From contig JAIRNR010000003.1 in NCBI GenBank assembly GCA_031257915.1, forward strand, positions 7,670-71,669: a DNA stretch of 64,000 bases, read 5' to 3'. Under the pieces are notes generated by a model. It ran no database searches. It was given only the letters and a program-made list of their open reading frames with translations, and was not told the origin of the DNA. Source of the DNA: Bacteroidales bacterium (lineage in GTDB: Bacteria > Bacteroidota > Bacteroidia > Bacteroidales > P3). Below, in pieces: positions 55,311-64,000 of the stretch (position 1 is the first letter of the stretch; each line of letters begins with the position of its first letter). The position numbers and the translations under genes are program-made.

Positions 55311-57368
55311 ATGATAACAAAAGAACTTATTGAACCGTACTCAATAGCCGTAATAGGCGCGTCAAACGATTTGTCGAAACCGGGAGGCCGTATTGTTAAA
55401 CATATAATAGATGGGAATTTTGCAGGCAAAATATATCCTGTAAATCCGAAAGAGGACAATATTCAAAATTTAAAATGCTATCATCAGGCAAGCGAAATCC
55501 CAAACGTTGATTTGGCTGTGATAGCAATCGGCTGTCAATACACAATCGGCATAGTAGAACATCTTGTAAAAGAAAAAGAATGTAAAGCAATAATTATTCT
55601 TTCGGCAGGCTTTGGCGAAGCCGGACATGAGGGTAAGATTCTGGAAGAAAAAATTGCCGCATTATGCGATGAGTATAATTGCGCACTTATAGGACCGAAC
55701 TGTACAGGTATTTTAACGCCGTATCATCAAAGCATTTTTACAGGACCGATTCCGCAACTTGATAAAAAAGGTTGCGATCTTATTTCGGGCAGCGGAGCGA
55801 CTATCGTATTTATTCTTGAACAGGGCATACAGATGGGATTGCGTTTTGCACATATTTTTTCCGTAGGTAATTCGGCGCAAATTGGTGTTGAAGATATTTT
55901 GCAATATATGGATGAATCGTTTAACCCTGAAACATCCTCACGAGTTAAGTTGCTTTATATGGAGAGTGTGCGTCAGCCGCAGAAATTATTGAAACATGCG
56001 CGTTCTCTCGTAAAGAAAGGCTGTCGTATTGCTGCAATAAAAGCAGGCACTTCCGAAGCAGGTTCACGTGCGGCATCTTCGCATACAGGTGCGCTTGCAG
56101 GGTCGGATGCCGCTGTTGACGCGCTGTTTAGAAAAGCAGGTATTGTTCGTTGCTACGGACGGCAGGATTTAATGACAGTTGCTGCCGTTTTTCAACATCC
56201 GCGCTTAGAGGGAAAAAATATCGGTATTGTAACACATGCGGGCGGTCCTGCCGTAATGCTAACCGATACTCTATCCAAATCTTTGCTCAATGTACCGAAT
56301 TTACCTGAGGAAAAAACAGCACCGCTTCTTGAAAAACTTTTCAGCGGCTCTACGGCAAACAATCCTGTTGATTTCCTCGCAACCGGTACAGCCGAACAGC
56401 TCGGACTTATAATTGACCATTGCAATACTTACGATGAAATAGATGGAATAGTTGTTATTTTCGGTAAGCCCGGTTTATTTGATTTATATGATGTTGTAGA
56501 GGTATTACATCAAAAAATGCTCACTTCACGCAAACCCATCTTTCCTGTGCTGCCGTCATTAACAACATCAAAAAACGAAATAGATGTTTTTCTGTCAAAG
56601 GGGCATATTAACTTTCCCGAAGAAACGGTACTTGGTGCGGCACTCGGCAAAACATTTTATACGCCCGACCCGATAGAAGTACAGGACGATATTAAAGATG
56701 TTGATGTTACGGCTATCAGGGCGGTGATAGATAATGCAGCCGACGGTTATCTGTCGGCGCAACAGGTTCAGGTGCTTCTTGATTCCGTAAAAATTTCACG
56801 TGTAAACGAAGTGATTGCAAAAACACTTGGTGAAGCAACGTCGGCAGCAGCGTCAGTCGGGTATCCCATCGTAATGAAGGTTGTAGGTCCGATTCATAAA
56901 TCAGACGTAAATGGGGTTGTTCTAAACGTAAACGATTATCAAACCGTAACTAAGGAGTTTTCTCGGATGATGAATATCAGCGGTGTTACAGGAGTGCTTA
57001 TTCAATCAATGGTTTCGGGAAAAGAACTTTTTGCAGGTGTAAAATATGAGCCGAAATTCGGTCATTTGATTCTTTGCGGGCTTGGCGGAATTTTTGTAGA
57101 AGTATTGAAAGATGTTCGGAGCGCACTTGCGCCTGTATCGGAAGAAGAAGCAATGCAAATGATTTATTCGCTTAAAGGATATAAAATGTTGCAGGGAATG
57201 AGAGGGCAAAAGGGTGTGTCTTTACAGGAATATGCAAAGGTGATACTGTCTTTGTCCCGCCTCGTTGCGGTTGCTCCGGAAATTACCGAAATGGACATAA
57301 ATCCGCTTCTTGCTTTTGACGATAAAGTAATCGCCGTAGATGCGCGAATCAATATAGTCCGCCGTTGA
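55311..57368 (+). CDS. ADP-forming acetyl/acyl-CoA synthetase family protein (CoA-binding + ligase-CoA + ATP-grasp domains)
   Basis: IAVIGASNDLSKPGG, GPNCTGI, SHTGALAG, and a C-terminal ATP-grasp (GYPIVMKVVGPIHKSDVNGV). Confidence 0.85.
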   Translation: MITKELIEPYSIAVIGASNDLSKPGGRIVKHIIDGNFAGKIYPVNPKEDNIQNLKCYHQASEIPNVDLAVIAIGCQYTIGIVEHLVKEKECKAIIILSAGFGEAGHEGKILEEKIAALCDEYNCALIGPNCTGILTPYHQSIFTGPIPQLDKKGCDLISGSGATIVFILEQGIQMGLRFAHIFSVGNSAQIGVEDILQYMDESFNPETSSRVKLLYMESVRQPQKLLKHARSLVKKGCRIAAIKAGTSEAGSRAASSHTGALAGSDAAVDALFRKAGIVRCYGRQDLMTVAAVFQHPRLEGKNIGIVTHAGGPAVMLTDTLSKSLLNVPNLPEEKTAPLLEKLFSGSTANNPVDFLATGTAEQLGLIIDHCNTYDEIDGIVVIFGKPGLFDLYDVVEVLHQKMLTSRKPIFPVLPSLTTSKNEIDVFLSKGHINFPEETVLGAALGKTFYTPDPIEVQDDIKDVDVTAIRAVIDNAADGYLSAQQVQVLLDSVKISRVNEVIAKTLGEATSAAASVGYPIVMKVVGPIHKSDVNGVVLNVNDYQTVTKEFSRMMNISGVTGVLIQSMVSGKELFAGVKYEPKFGHLILCGLGGIFVEVLKDVRSALAPVSEEEAMQMIYSLKGYKMLQGMRGQKGVSLQEYAKVILSLSRLVAVAPEITEMDINPLLAFDDKVIAVDARINIVRR

Positions 57369-58065
57369 TGTTTATTACCTGTCCTGTGATGTATGCGGCT
57401 TTGCCGGAAGCGAGGAACGATACGAGAGAAGCAACTTCATCCGCATTGCCGAAACGTCCGAGGGGTATCATTTTGCGTAGCTCTGCCTCAGGCAAACCGC
57501 TTGTCATATCGGTGTGAATAAATCCGGGTGCAACAGCGTTTACCGTAATATTTTTCCTGCCGATTTCCTGCGCAAGTGCTTTTGTCGCGGCAATAACACC
57601 GCCCTTTGCGGCAGAATAGTTTGTTTGTCCCGGCAATCCCTTTACACCTGAAAGCGAAACAATATTCACAATACGTCCGCTTTTATGCGAAAGCATATCT
57701 TTCAATAACGGTTTTGTTACATTGTAAAAACTGTTCAAATTCGTATCAATAACCTTGTCCCACTGCTCGTTTTCCATCCACCAAAGTAAATTATCATTAC
57801 GGATACCTGCATTGTTTACAAGTACTTCAATATATTCATTCGGATTTGCCGAAGCCCAATTTGCCAATGCTTCCACTGTTTTTTCACGGTTGCTTACATC
57901 AAAACATAACAGTTCGCCTTTACCGCTTACAGCCCGCAATGTTTCTTTTGCGGCACTTTCGTTATTTGCATAATTTATAATTACATGGTATCCGTCTTTT
58001 GACAACGTTTCTACAATTGCACGTCCTATACCCCTGCTACCGCCTGTTACGAGTGCTGTCTTCAT
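57349..58065 (-). CDS. fabG: 3-oxoacyl-ACP reductase-type SDR
   Basis: TALVTGGSRGIGRAI, NNAGI, YSAAKGG (YxxxK), and NAVAPGFIHTDM. Confidence 0.85.
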   Translation of the reverse strand: MKTALVTGGSRGIGRAIVETLSKDGYHVIINYANNESAAKETLRAVSGKGELLCFDVSNREKTVEALANWASANPNEYIEVLVNNAGIRNDNLLWWMENEQWDKVIDTNLNSFYNVTKPLLKDMLSHKSGRIVNIVSLSGVKGLPGQTNYSAAKGGVIAATKALAQEIGRKNITVNAVAPGFIHTDMTSGLPEAELRKMIPLGRFGNADEVASLVSFLASGKAAYITGQVININGGLY

Positions 58066-58069
58066 ATTA

Positions 58070-59599
58070 TTATAATTTTTTTAAATATTCAACAACGTTT
58101 TCAATCTCTTTATACTTCGGAGTGTCGTCTATAAATACAGGAACTATAGCGCGTATATCGCCGTACAGCGACTGTGTTTCTCTGCATAATTGCGGAGCGA
58201 TTTTCAAACAGTCGGTTGCCTGCGATAATGCAATAAGATGAATTGCCGTCACCTGAAAAGCATTTTCAATAACGTGCCGGCAAATTAACGCCGCATTTGT
58301 TCCCATACTCACAATATCCTGATTATCGTTATTATTTGGGATACTGTGAACATACATCGGATTGGAAAGTGTTTGACTCTCCGCTGTTGTAGAAGTTGCG
58401 GTAAACTGCATTGCCTGCATTCCGTAATTTAATCCGAGTATGCCGAGATTTACAAATGGCGGAAGGATTTCGTTTATCTTGTCGTGAAACAAATAATTCA
58501 TCTGTCTTTCCAAAAGCATAGTCATTTTCGTAACGGCAATTTTCATTTTATCCATTTCAAATGAAATATAGTCGCCGTGAAAATTACCCCCATGATAAAC
58601 ATTGCGCGAAACAGGATCTACAATCGGATTATCATCGGCAGAATTTAATTCGTTTTCTAAAACGTTTTGTGTGTAAACAAGTGTATCATAAACAGCACCA
58701 AGAATTTGGGGTACACACCGCAGCGAATAATACGGTTGAACTTTGTGTTTAAATGTCGCTTTTTGTTCATGGGTAATATCATTGTATAATTCGTTTTCAC
58801 GTTTTAAAAGCCGTTTGCCTGTAGCGGCGGCAGTACGCATTTTTAAAGCAATTTCACGCTGTCCGCCGTGATATTTGCAGGCATTCAGTTCCTCGCTCAT
58901 CAAATCGTCATAAGAAGCGGCAATTTCGTTCATCCACAGAGAGCAGAGAACAGCAACGTTCAAAAGTTCGGAAGCATAAAGCAAATTTATTATGCCGATA
59001 CCTGTCATTACGGAAGTACCGTTTGTTGCTGCAAGCCCTTCGCGTAAATAAATGTTAAGCGGTTTTAAATTAAGTTCGCGCATTACTTCCGCTGCAGGTC
59101 GTGTCTTATGTTGCAGGCAGGGCATTTTGCCGCCATCGTAAAACACTTCACCCTCTCCGATAAGTGTTAATGCAATGTGTGCGAGTTGAACGAGGTCGCC
59201 GCTTGCGCCCACGCTGCCGTGTTGCGGAATGAAGGGAATAACGTTGTTGTTTATAAACGCCTGCAAAAGCGTAACAATTTCCGTATTTACGCCGCTGTGT
59301 CCCTGAACGAAAGTCATAAGCCGCGCCACCATTGCCGCTTTAACGTACATGGGCGCAAGCGGTTCTCCTGCCCCGACAGAATGTGAGCGGATAATATTAT
59401 ACTGTAACGCTTTGAGGTGTTCATCGCTGACGCGGTATTGCGCCATAGGTCCGAAGCCTGTGTTTATTCCGTAAATAACTTTGTCTTTTGAGAAGTCTTG
59501 CAGGAAGTTAAAGCAATCGGCAGTTTTTTTTAAGTCTGCGCTTGAAATTTCAAGCAGTTTTCCACCGAACAGTACTTCTTTTATTTCCGTTATTGTCAT
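58070..59599 (-). CDS. aromatic amino acid / histidine ammonia-lyase family enzyme (MIO cofactor)
   Basis: SVGASGDLVQLAH contains the Ala-Ser-Gly MIO triad. YGINTGFG and NHGGNFHG-like motifs are present. 509 aa. Confidence 0.88.
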   Translation of the reverse strand: MTITEIKEVLFGGKLLEISSADLKKTADCFNFLQDFSKDKVIYGINTGFGPMAQYRVSDEHLKALQYNIIRSHSVGAGEPLAPMYVKAAMVARLMTFVQGHSGVNTEIVTLLQAFINNNVIPFIPQHGSVGASGDLVQLAHIALTLIGEGEVFYDGGKMPCLQHKTRPAAEVMRELNLKPLNIYLREGLAATNGTSVMTGIGIINLLYASELLNVAVLCSLWMNEIAASYDDLMSEELNACKYHGGQREIALKMRTAAATGKRLLKRENELYNDITHEQKATFKHKVQPYYSLRCVPQILGAVYDTLVYTQNVLENELNSADDNPIVDPVSRNVYHGGNFHGDYISFEMDKMKIAVTKMTMLLERQMNYLFHDKINEILPPFVNLGILGLNYGMQAMQFTATSTTAESQTLSNPMYVHSIPNNNDNQDIVSMGTNAALICRHVIENAFQVTAIHLIALSQATDCLKIAPQLCRETQSLYGDIRAIVPVFIDDTPKYKEIENVVEYLKKL

Positions 59600-59699
59600 A
59601 GCCGCAAATTTACGATATTATTTGAGTAATTTAAGTGCAATTTGCCGTGTTGTAATATCAAAATAAAACGTATATTTGCAATATCAAAAAAATATCCGT

Positions 59700-60203
59700 A
59701 TGAAGCGAACACTTATTCTCTGTGCAGCTGTTTTGGCTTTATGTAATGCAGTTGTACGCGCACAGTCAACATCAACAACAAATACGAATATGCAGACAGT
59801 TTATGAATTTGTAAAAAATTGCGGCACTTATTACCTTGCAACGGTGGAGCAAACGGCAACCGGAGTGCAGCAGCCGCGTGTACGTCCGTTCGGCACAATT
59901 GCCGTTTTTGAAAACAAGCTCTACATTCAGACGGGCAAAAAGAAAAATGTCTCAAAGCAGATGCTTATAAATCCGCACGTTGAAATCTGTGCTTATAACG
60001 AAAAAGACCACAAATGGATACGTATTGAAGCGGAAGCGATAGAGGATGACCGTTATGAGGCAAAAGCATATATGCTTGAACAGTATCCCGAACTTAAAAG
60101 TATGTATGATGCTAACGACAGCAATACACAAGTACTTTATCTCAAAAATGTAACTGCAACTCTCTTTTCGTTCGGTGGCGAACCGATTATTATAAAATTT
60201 TAA
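59700..60203 (+). CDS. pyridoxamine-5'-phosphate-oxidase-like (FMN-binding split-barrel) protein with a signal peptide
   Basis: YYLATVEQ...PRVRPFGTIAVFENKLYIQTGKKKNVSKQMLINPHVEI is the PNPOx-like pattern. N-terminal MKRTLILCAAVLALCNAVVRAQS. A TATATTTG box lies upstream. Confidence 0.7.
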   Translation: MKRTLILCAAVLALCNAVVRAQSTSTTNTNMQTVYEFVKNCGTYYLATVEQTATGVQQPRVRPFGTIAVFENKLYIQTGKKKNVSKQMLINPHVEICAYNEKDHKWIRIEAEAIEDDRYEAKAYMLEQYPELKSMYDANDSNTQVLYLKNVTATLFSFGGEPIIIKF

Positions 60204-60210
60204 CAATACT

Positions 60211-60840
60211 ATGAAAACCATTACAATTTATAATGTCGCTTTTGCAGTAATCACTTTATTCACAGTGGCTGCGCCCGCGACAATAGCCGCTCAGAACAAC
60301 ACTGAGCAACAGACGGAAACTACTGCCGAAGTGCAGAAAAAAGCGATAAGTCTGACTAACATACATGAAGTAAATATTTCTTACGGCGACTGTTTTTTTG
60401 CGAACGATGTTCTTCTCCCTTATAATTACACCACTTTTGGTATTTTTTCGGTAACATATCAATATCATTTAAAAAAATGGCTTAGTGTCGGTGCAACGCT
60501 TTCTTATATTCCGTCCCACAAAGAACATTACAAAACAATATACGATAATACCGGTGGTGATGATTTTTTAATCAATGACGAACACACAACTCTTTACAGA
60601 AATAACCTTTCGTTTGCAACCGACATAAGATTTTATTTTTATAATAATGGTTTAATACGTATGTATGGTGGAGTTGCTTTAGGCTATATGTTTGAATTTT
60701 CCAAAGATGATTTTAAAAGCAACATATTTTTTCAGCCCACATTTTTCGGCTTTTCAGTTGGAAAGAAATTTGTGTTTGGTTGCGAAGTAGGGTGTGGTTT
60801 AAAAGGTATTTTTAACACTTACATCGGATATAAATTTTGA
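60211..60840 (+). CDS. small outer-membrane beta-barrel protein
   Basis: Signal peptide, alternating strands, and a terminal ...YIGYKF. Confidence 0.6.
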   Translation: MKTITIYNVAFAVITLFTVAAPATIAAQNNTEQQTETTAEVQKKAISLTNIHEVNISYGDCFFANDVLLPYNYTTFGIFSVTYQYHLKKWLSVGATLSYIPSHKEHYKTIYDNTGGDDFLINDEHTTLYRNNLSFATDIRFYFYNNGLIRMYGGVALGYMFEFSKDDFKSNIFFQPTFFGFSVGKKFVFGCEVGCGLKGIFNTYIGYKF

Positions 60841-60842
60841 AT

Positions 60843-61229
60843 ATGAAACAAATATCAATACAAGGCATATTTTTATTTATATGCGCTCTGTTTGCATTTC
60901 AATCATGCAGTAAAAAATTGCTTTTAAGCGGTACGGTTACTTCGGCTGATAACGGACAGAGAATAAAAGGGATAAAAGTATCTATGATAAAGCCGTCATT
61001 GCTATATGCATCAGACACATTCTATAAGACCGAAGGATGGGATCATGTTATTACGAACAATAAAGGCGAATTTTCTTTTGACGTATGGTATGAAACATCT
61101 TATGGCTGGGTATTTTTTGAAGATATTGACAGCATGGAAAACGGCTTTTATAAAAACAAAAGCGTAAGAATAGGAATTACTTCGCAGAACGAAATAGAAG
61201 TTAATATCAAGCTTGACAAAGTCAAGTAA
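60843..61229 (+). CDS. putative lipoprotein, paralogue of the rSAM-associated lipoprotein at 41667-42134
   Basis: Lipobox FQSC. SGTVTSADNGQRIKGIKVS, ITNNKGEFSF and FFEDIDSMENGFYKNKSV align with EGRVVSNKNNRGIEGIKVS, TVTDNHGYFSF and FFDDIDSTENGLYENKTV. Confidence 0.6.
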   Translation: MKQISIQGIFLFICALFAFQSCSKKLLLSGTVTSADNGQRIKGIKVSMIKPSLLYASDTFYKTEGWDHVITNNKGEFSFDVWYETSYGWVFFEDIDSMENGFYKNKSVRIGITSQNEIEVNIKLDKVK

Positions 61230-61254
61230 AATCGTGCCGTATTCAGGCAAAATA

Positions 61255-63561
61255 TTACCTGCCGCTTTTGCGGATCAATCCGAGCAGTTTTTCGTTAAAC
61301 TCGGTAGCAGCAGCAAGTTTTTCAATGGTTAAATGCATTCTGTATTTCCAGTGATTTTTGGGATTCGCCGGATCATTGATACGCTCGCTGTGCGGGTCTT
61401 TCAGCTGTAATGAGGGTGACATTGCAAGCAGATCCTGTAAAGGAAATACTGCCCACATTGAGGGCGAATTTAAGTGCTGACAAATGATGTTTTCAGCAAC
61501 CCAGTCCTCACAACAGTAAGGCACATCTCCGCCACAGCGCATAACATTGTAGTAATAGCGGGATGTTACATCGCGGTCCTCTTCCCACCACGAACGAATA
61601 CCATTCATATCATGACTTCCGGGAGAACAGACACTTTCGTAGGGAGCGTACGGTAAATCAGCAAATTCAACACTGCTATCTGAGGGCATACGTTGAATTA
61701 TAAGCGAAAGAATATGAAGCGCATTCATCACCTGCGGCACACTTGACGGTACCATGCCCAAATCCTCACCGCAAACAAGCATTTTAGTTGCAAAACGAAC
61801 TGCGGGCAATTTCATAAACGCAGAACTTTTCCAAAATTCATTATGGCGGCGATAGAAAAAATCGTTATAGATTGCGTCTAAAGCATTGCGCTGTCCACCG
61901 TCAAGTTCGGCGAAAGAGCGAGTATAATGCAATGCGATACGCGGGTGGTAATGCCCTTTTTGACGCGGATCTTCAAGGAGTATAACTTCGTTTATAAGCA
62001 TAAGAAGTTTTTCCTGCACTTCATTTGCCGAACTGCGCAGACCTGCACAGGATTTTACAGCACTGTCAAAAGTATTTATTATTTTTTTCTGCGTGTTGTA
62101 TTTATCCTTGAACTGTAACCGTCCGGACGGATGATTTTCAAAAAATATTCTTTCTACATCAGCAGCCTTATCTCCGAAAACATCACGCAAGATATAATCG
62201 GTAACGTATGGCTTACAGAGGCGGTCATAATCGAACCATGCGCCCCGTACATTCAATTCCTCCACCGGCAATGGCAATGCAGGCGAGAAATGTCCGAGAA
62301 GTCCGTGAACGGAGTGTTCGGGAATTTCCCATATACGGAAAAATCCCAGGATATGGTCCACGCGGAAAGCGTCAAAATATTCAGCCATTTTACGCAGCCG
62401 CTCGCGCCACCACGAATAGCCGTCTTTCCCCATTTCCTGCCAGTTGTACGTTGGGAAACCCCAATTTTGACCGATTGTGGAAAAAGCGTCAGGCGGCGCA
62501 CCTGCCTGACAGTCCATATTGAAAAGCGATGGCGCAATCCATGAGTCGCAACTTTTACGTGAAACTCCAATCGGAATATCCCCTTTAAGCAGTACGCCCT
62601 TAGAGCGTGCATACGCAGATACGGAACTCAGTTGCAAATGCAAATGATACTGAACAAAAGCATACAAACTGACTTCTTTTTCAGGCAGAGCAGCTATTTT
62701 TTTTACACTGTAAATACTGAATTTTCCCCATTTCAAGGGATCTATTTCGCCTGATTTATCACGTAAATAACAATATGCGCAATATGGTTTAATCCACGAG
62801 GCATTGTCGTTAAACCACGTTTTAAATTTCGCAGAAGAAAGCGTTTTTTGTCCGGATGCTTCATAAATCTGTTTGATAAAATCCCATTTGGCGGCAATCA
62901 CCGAAGGATAATCAAGATATGAAATTGCATTCAGTTTGTCCCGCAGAGCAGTATATTTTTCTTTGACGGAACGCTTTAGTGCAGCCGGCAATCCATCAAT
63001 CAATTCATCCAAATTCAAATACACAGGGTGCAGTGCAAATACGGAAATTGCGCCATACGGATAAGAATCGTCCCATGAGCCGTCGGTCATTGTGTCATTA
63101 ACAGGCAAGGTTTGCACCATTTTCATACCGCAGTCGGACGCCCAGTCAATAAACGCTTTCAGGTCGTAAAATTCACCTGTGCCGAAACCATCGGCACTGC
63201 GCAGAGAAAACACCGGAATAGCGACCCCGGCAGAGCGGGCAAATGCCGGAATATTGTCGAAGCCTTTCCATGTGTCGTAAACTTCGGAAAAATCGGATTT
63301 TTTATCGGAGATAACCGAAAACGTTCTTTCATACCCCCATTCCTGCTCAATACGTCCGTCGGGGTAACGTACAGCGTACTGATACGTGAATTTCCGCACG
63401 CTTGCAGGCACAGTAAGTTCAAGTGTCCAGCGTCCGCCGTCTCCGTACTGCATGGCAGCAGCCTTCAACCATGAGCCGCCGCCGAGTTTCGCAAGCGACC
63501 CGCACACAAGCAATTCCTGCCCGAATTTTGTGTTGTAATGAACATTAAGTTTTATTTTCAT
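61255..63561 (-). CDS. malQ: 4-alpha-glucanotransferase (GH77) with an N-terminal starch-binding (CBM20-like) module
   Basis: N-terminal KLNVHYNTKFGQELLVCGS...WTLEL (CBM20-like). GH77 motifs FRVDHILGFFRIWEIP, GEDLGMVP, SPGSHD. Confidence 0.9.
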   Translation of the reverse strand: MKIKLNVHYNTKFGQELLVCGSLAKLGGGSWLKAAAMQYGDGGRWTLELTVPASVRKFTYQYAVRYPDGRIEQEWGYERTFSVISDKKSDFSEVYDTWKGFDNIPAFARSAGVAIPVFSLRSADGFGTGEFYDLKAFIDWASDCGMKMVQTLPVNDTMTDGSWDDSYPYGAISVFALHPVYLNLDELIDGLPAALKRSVKEKYTALRDKLNAISYLDYPSVIAAKWDFIKQIYEASGQKTLSSAKFKTWFNDNASWIKPYCAYCYLRDKSGEIDPLKWGKFSIYSVKKIAALPEKEVSLYAFVQYHLHLQLSSVSAYARSKGVLLKGDIPIGVSRKSCDSWIAPSLFNMDCQAGAPPDAFSTIGQNWGFPTYNWQEMGKDGYSWWRERLRKMAEYFDAFRVDHILGFFRIWEIPEHSVHGLLGHFSPALPLPVEELNVRGAWFDYDRLCKPYVTDYILRDVFGDKAADVERIFFENHPSGRLQFKDKYNTQKKIINTFDSAVKSCAGLRSSANEVQEKLLMLINEVILLEDPRQKGHYHPRIALHYTRSFAELDGGQRNALDAIYNDFFYRRHNEFWKSSAFMKLPAVRFATKMLVCGEDLGMVPSSVPQVMNALHILSLIIQRMPSDSSVEFADLPYAPYESVCSPGSHDMNGIRSWWEEDRDVTSRYYYNVMRCGGDVPYCCEDWVAENIICQHLNSPSMWAVFPLQDLLAMSPSLQLKDPHSERINDPANPKNHWKYRMHLTIEKLAAATEFNEKLLGLIRKSGR

Positions 63562-63565
63562 ATAT

Positions 63566-64000
63566 TTAATAGTTTAACCATTTTTTAAATGCTTCGGCTT
63601 TTTCTTTGCTTACAAGTACCTGTTCTTTATACGGCGGTTTTAAAAATACCGCAACTTTTCCCTGAAAATAATTTTCAATTTTTGTAATCGCTTTCGGGCA
63701 AACAAGTATTTGACGTGTTGCACGGAAAAATTTGTCGGGATCGAGCTCCTCGCCAAGTTTGTCAAGTGAAAAATCAACAATAAAATTACCGTCATTATAT
63801 GTTTGCGCATAACAGATTTTATTCTCGCTGAAAAAATATGCAATATCCTCAATATGCATGGTTTCAAGTTGAAGTCCCCTGTTTATCAAAAAGCGTGTTC
63901 TGTACTTTTTCTCTTTATTGACAATAAATTCCGAAATGCCTTTCCAGTCGCTCTCTTTGTTTATATGATTAAAGAGTTTAGACGGACTTCTTTCAAATTT
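63566..64000 (-). CDS. LytTR-family DNA-binding response regulator, C-terminal part (gene continues beyond the right window edge)
   Basis: LytTR pattern DIAYFFSENKICYAQT...FFRATRQILVCPKAITKIE. I translated the frame by hand from 63889 to 64000 and found no stop. Confidence 0.8.
   Translation of the reverse strand, partial: KFERSPSKLFNHINKESDWKGISEFIVNKEKKYRTRFLINRGLQLETMHIEDIAYFFSENKICYAQTYNDGNFIVDFSLDKLGEELDPDKFFRATRQILVCPKAITKIENYFQGKVAVFLKPPYKEQVLVSKEKAEAFKKWLNY

Overview
The window reads as a chromosomal segment from a Bacteroidota (Bacteroidales-like) genome. Support for that: TAnnTTTG -7 promoter boxes sit upstream of many genes, one protein carries a type IX secretion (T9SS) C-terminal sorting domain, a DUF4835-like gene is present, and the rsfS-ftsH-LUD-cdsA-psd order is typical of the phylum.

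About 45 housekeeping genes can be called with reasonable confidence. They include prs, nadB, a ribF-like gene, yggS, hpf, mnmE, two M16 peptidases, a MATE pump, tRNA-Arg(CCG), uvrB, ugd, a UDP-xylose synthase, rfbD, an amidase, gtrA, dxs, gap, a flippase, ispE, rsfS, ftsH, cdsA, psd, an ADP-forming acyl-CoA synthetase, fabG, a HAL/PAL-family lyase and malQ.

Several visibly AT-rich accessory patches interrupt this core:
- 1-7075: an integrase-bearing element, followed by a YafQ-type toxin-antitoxin (TA) pair and a decayed second copy of the same element, all directly upstream of prs.
- 9.6-11.5 kb: a solitary Mod-like DNA methyltransferase with a 72-aa coupled stub.
- 26.5-27.6 kb: a single Bro-N/DinD-like gene flanked by 50-bp direct repeats.
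- 32.4-34.7 kb: an AAA_14/DUF4143 ATPase plus a lipoprotein.
- 37.2-38.5 kb: an orphan HTH gene and a vapBC pair.
- 49.8-50.6 kb: a small helical protein.

The observations I rate highest:
- A MITE-like repeat family with termini AGGGYNAACGCATTWAAA. I found nine arms, two of the elements have target-site duplications, and all sit at core/accessory junctions.
- A radical SAM/SPASM enzyme overlapping a lipoprotein gene, with an unpaired paralogue of that lipoprotein 19 kb away.
- A T9SS cargo protein with about 35 tandem PPDTIVI heptads.
- An RsfS with a (A/T)ATK tandem-repeat basic tail.
- A GC-rich 20-22 bp x7 intergenic tandem array.

All coordinates were counted by hand and may be off by a few nt. 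No database searches were run, so every family assignment comes from motif recognition and memory.
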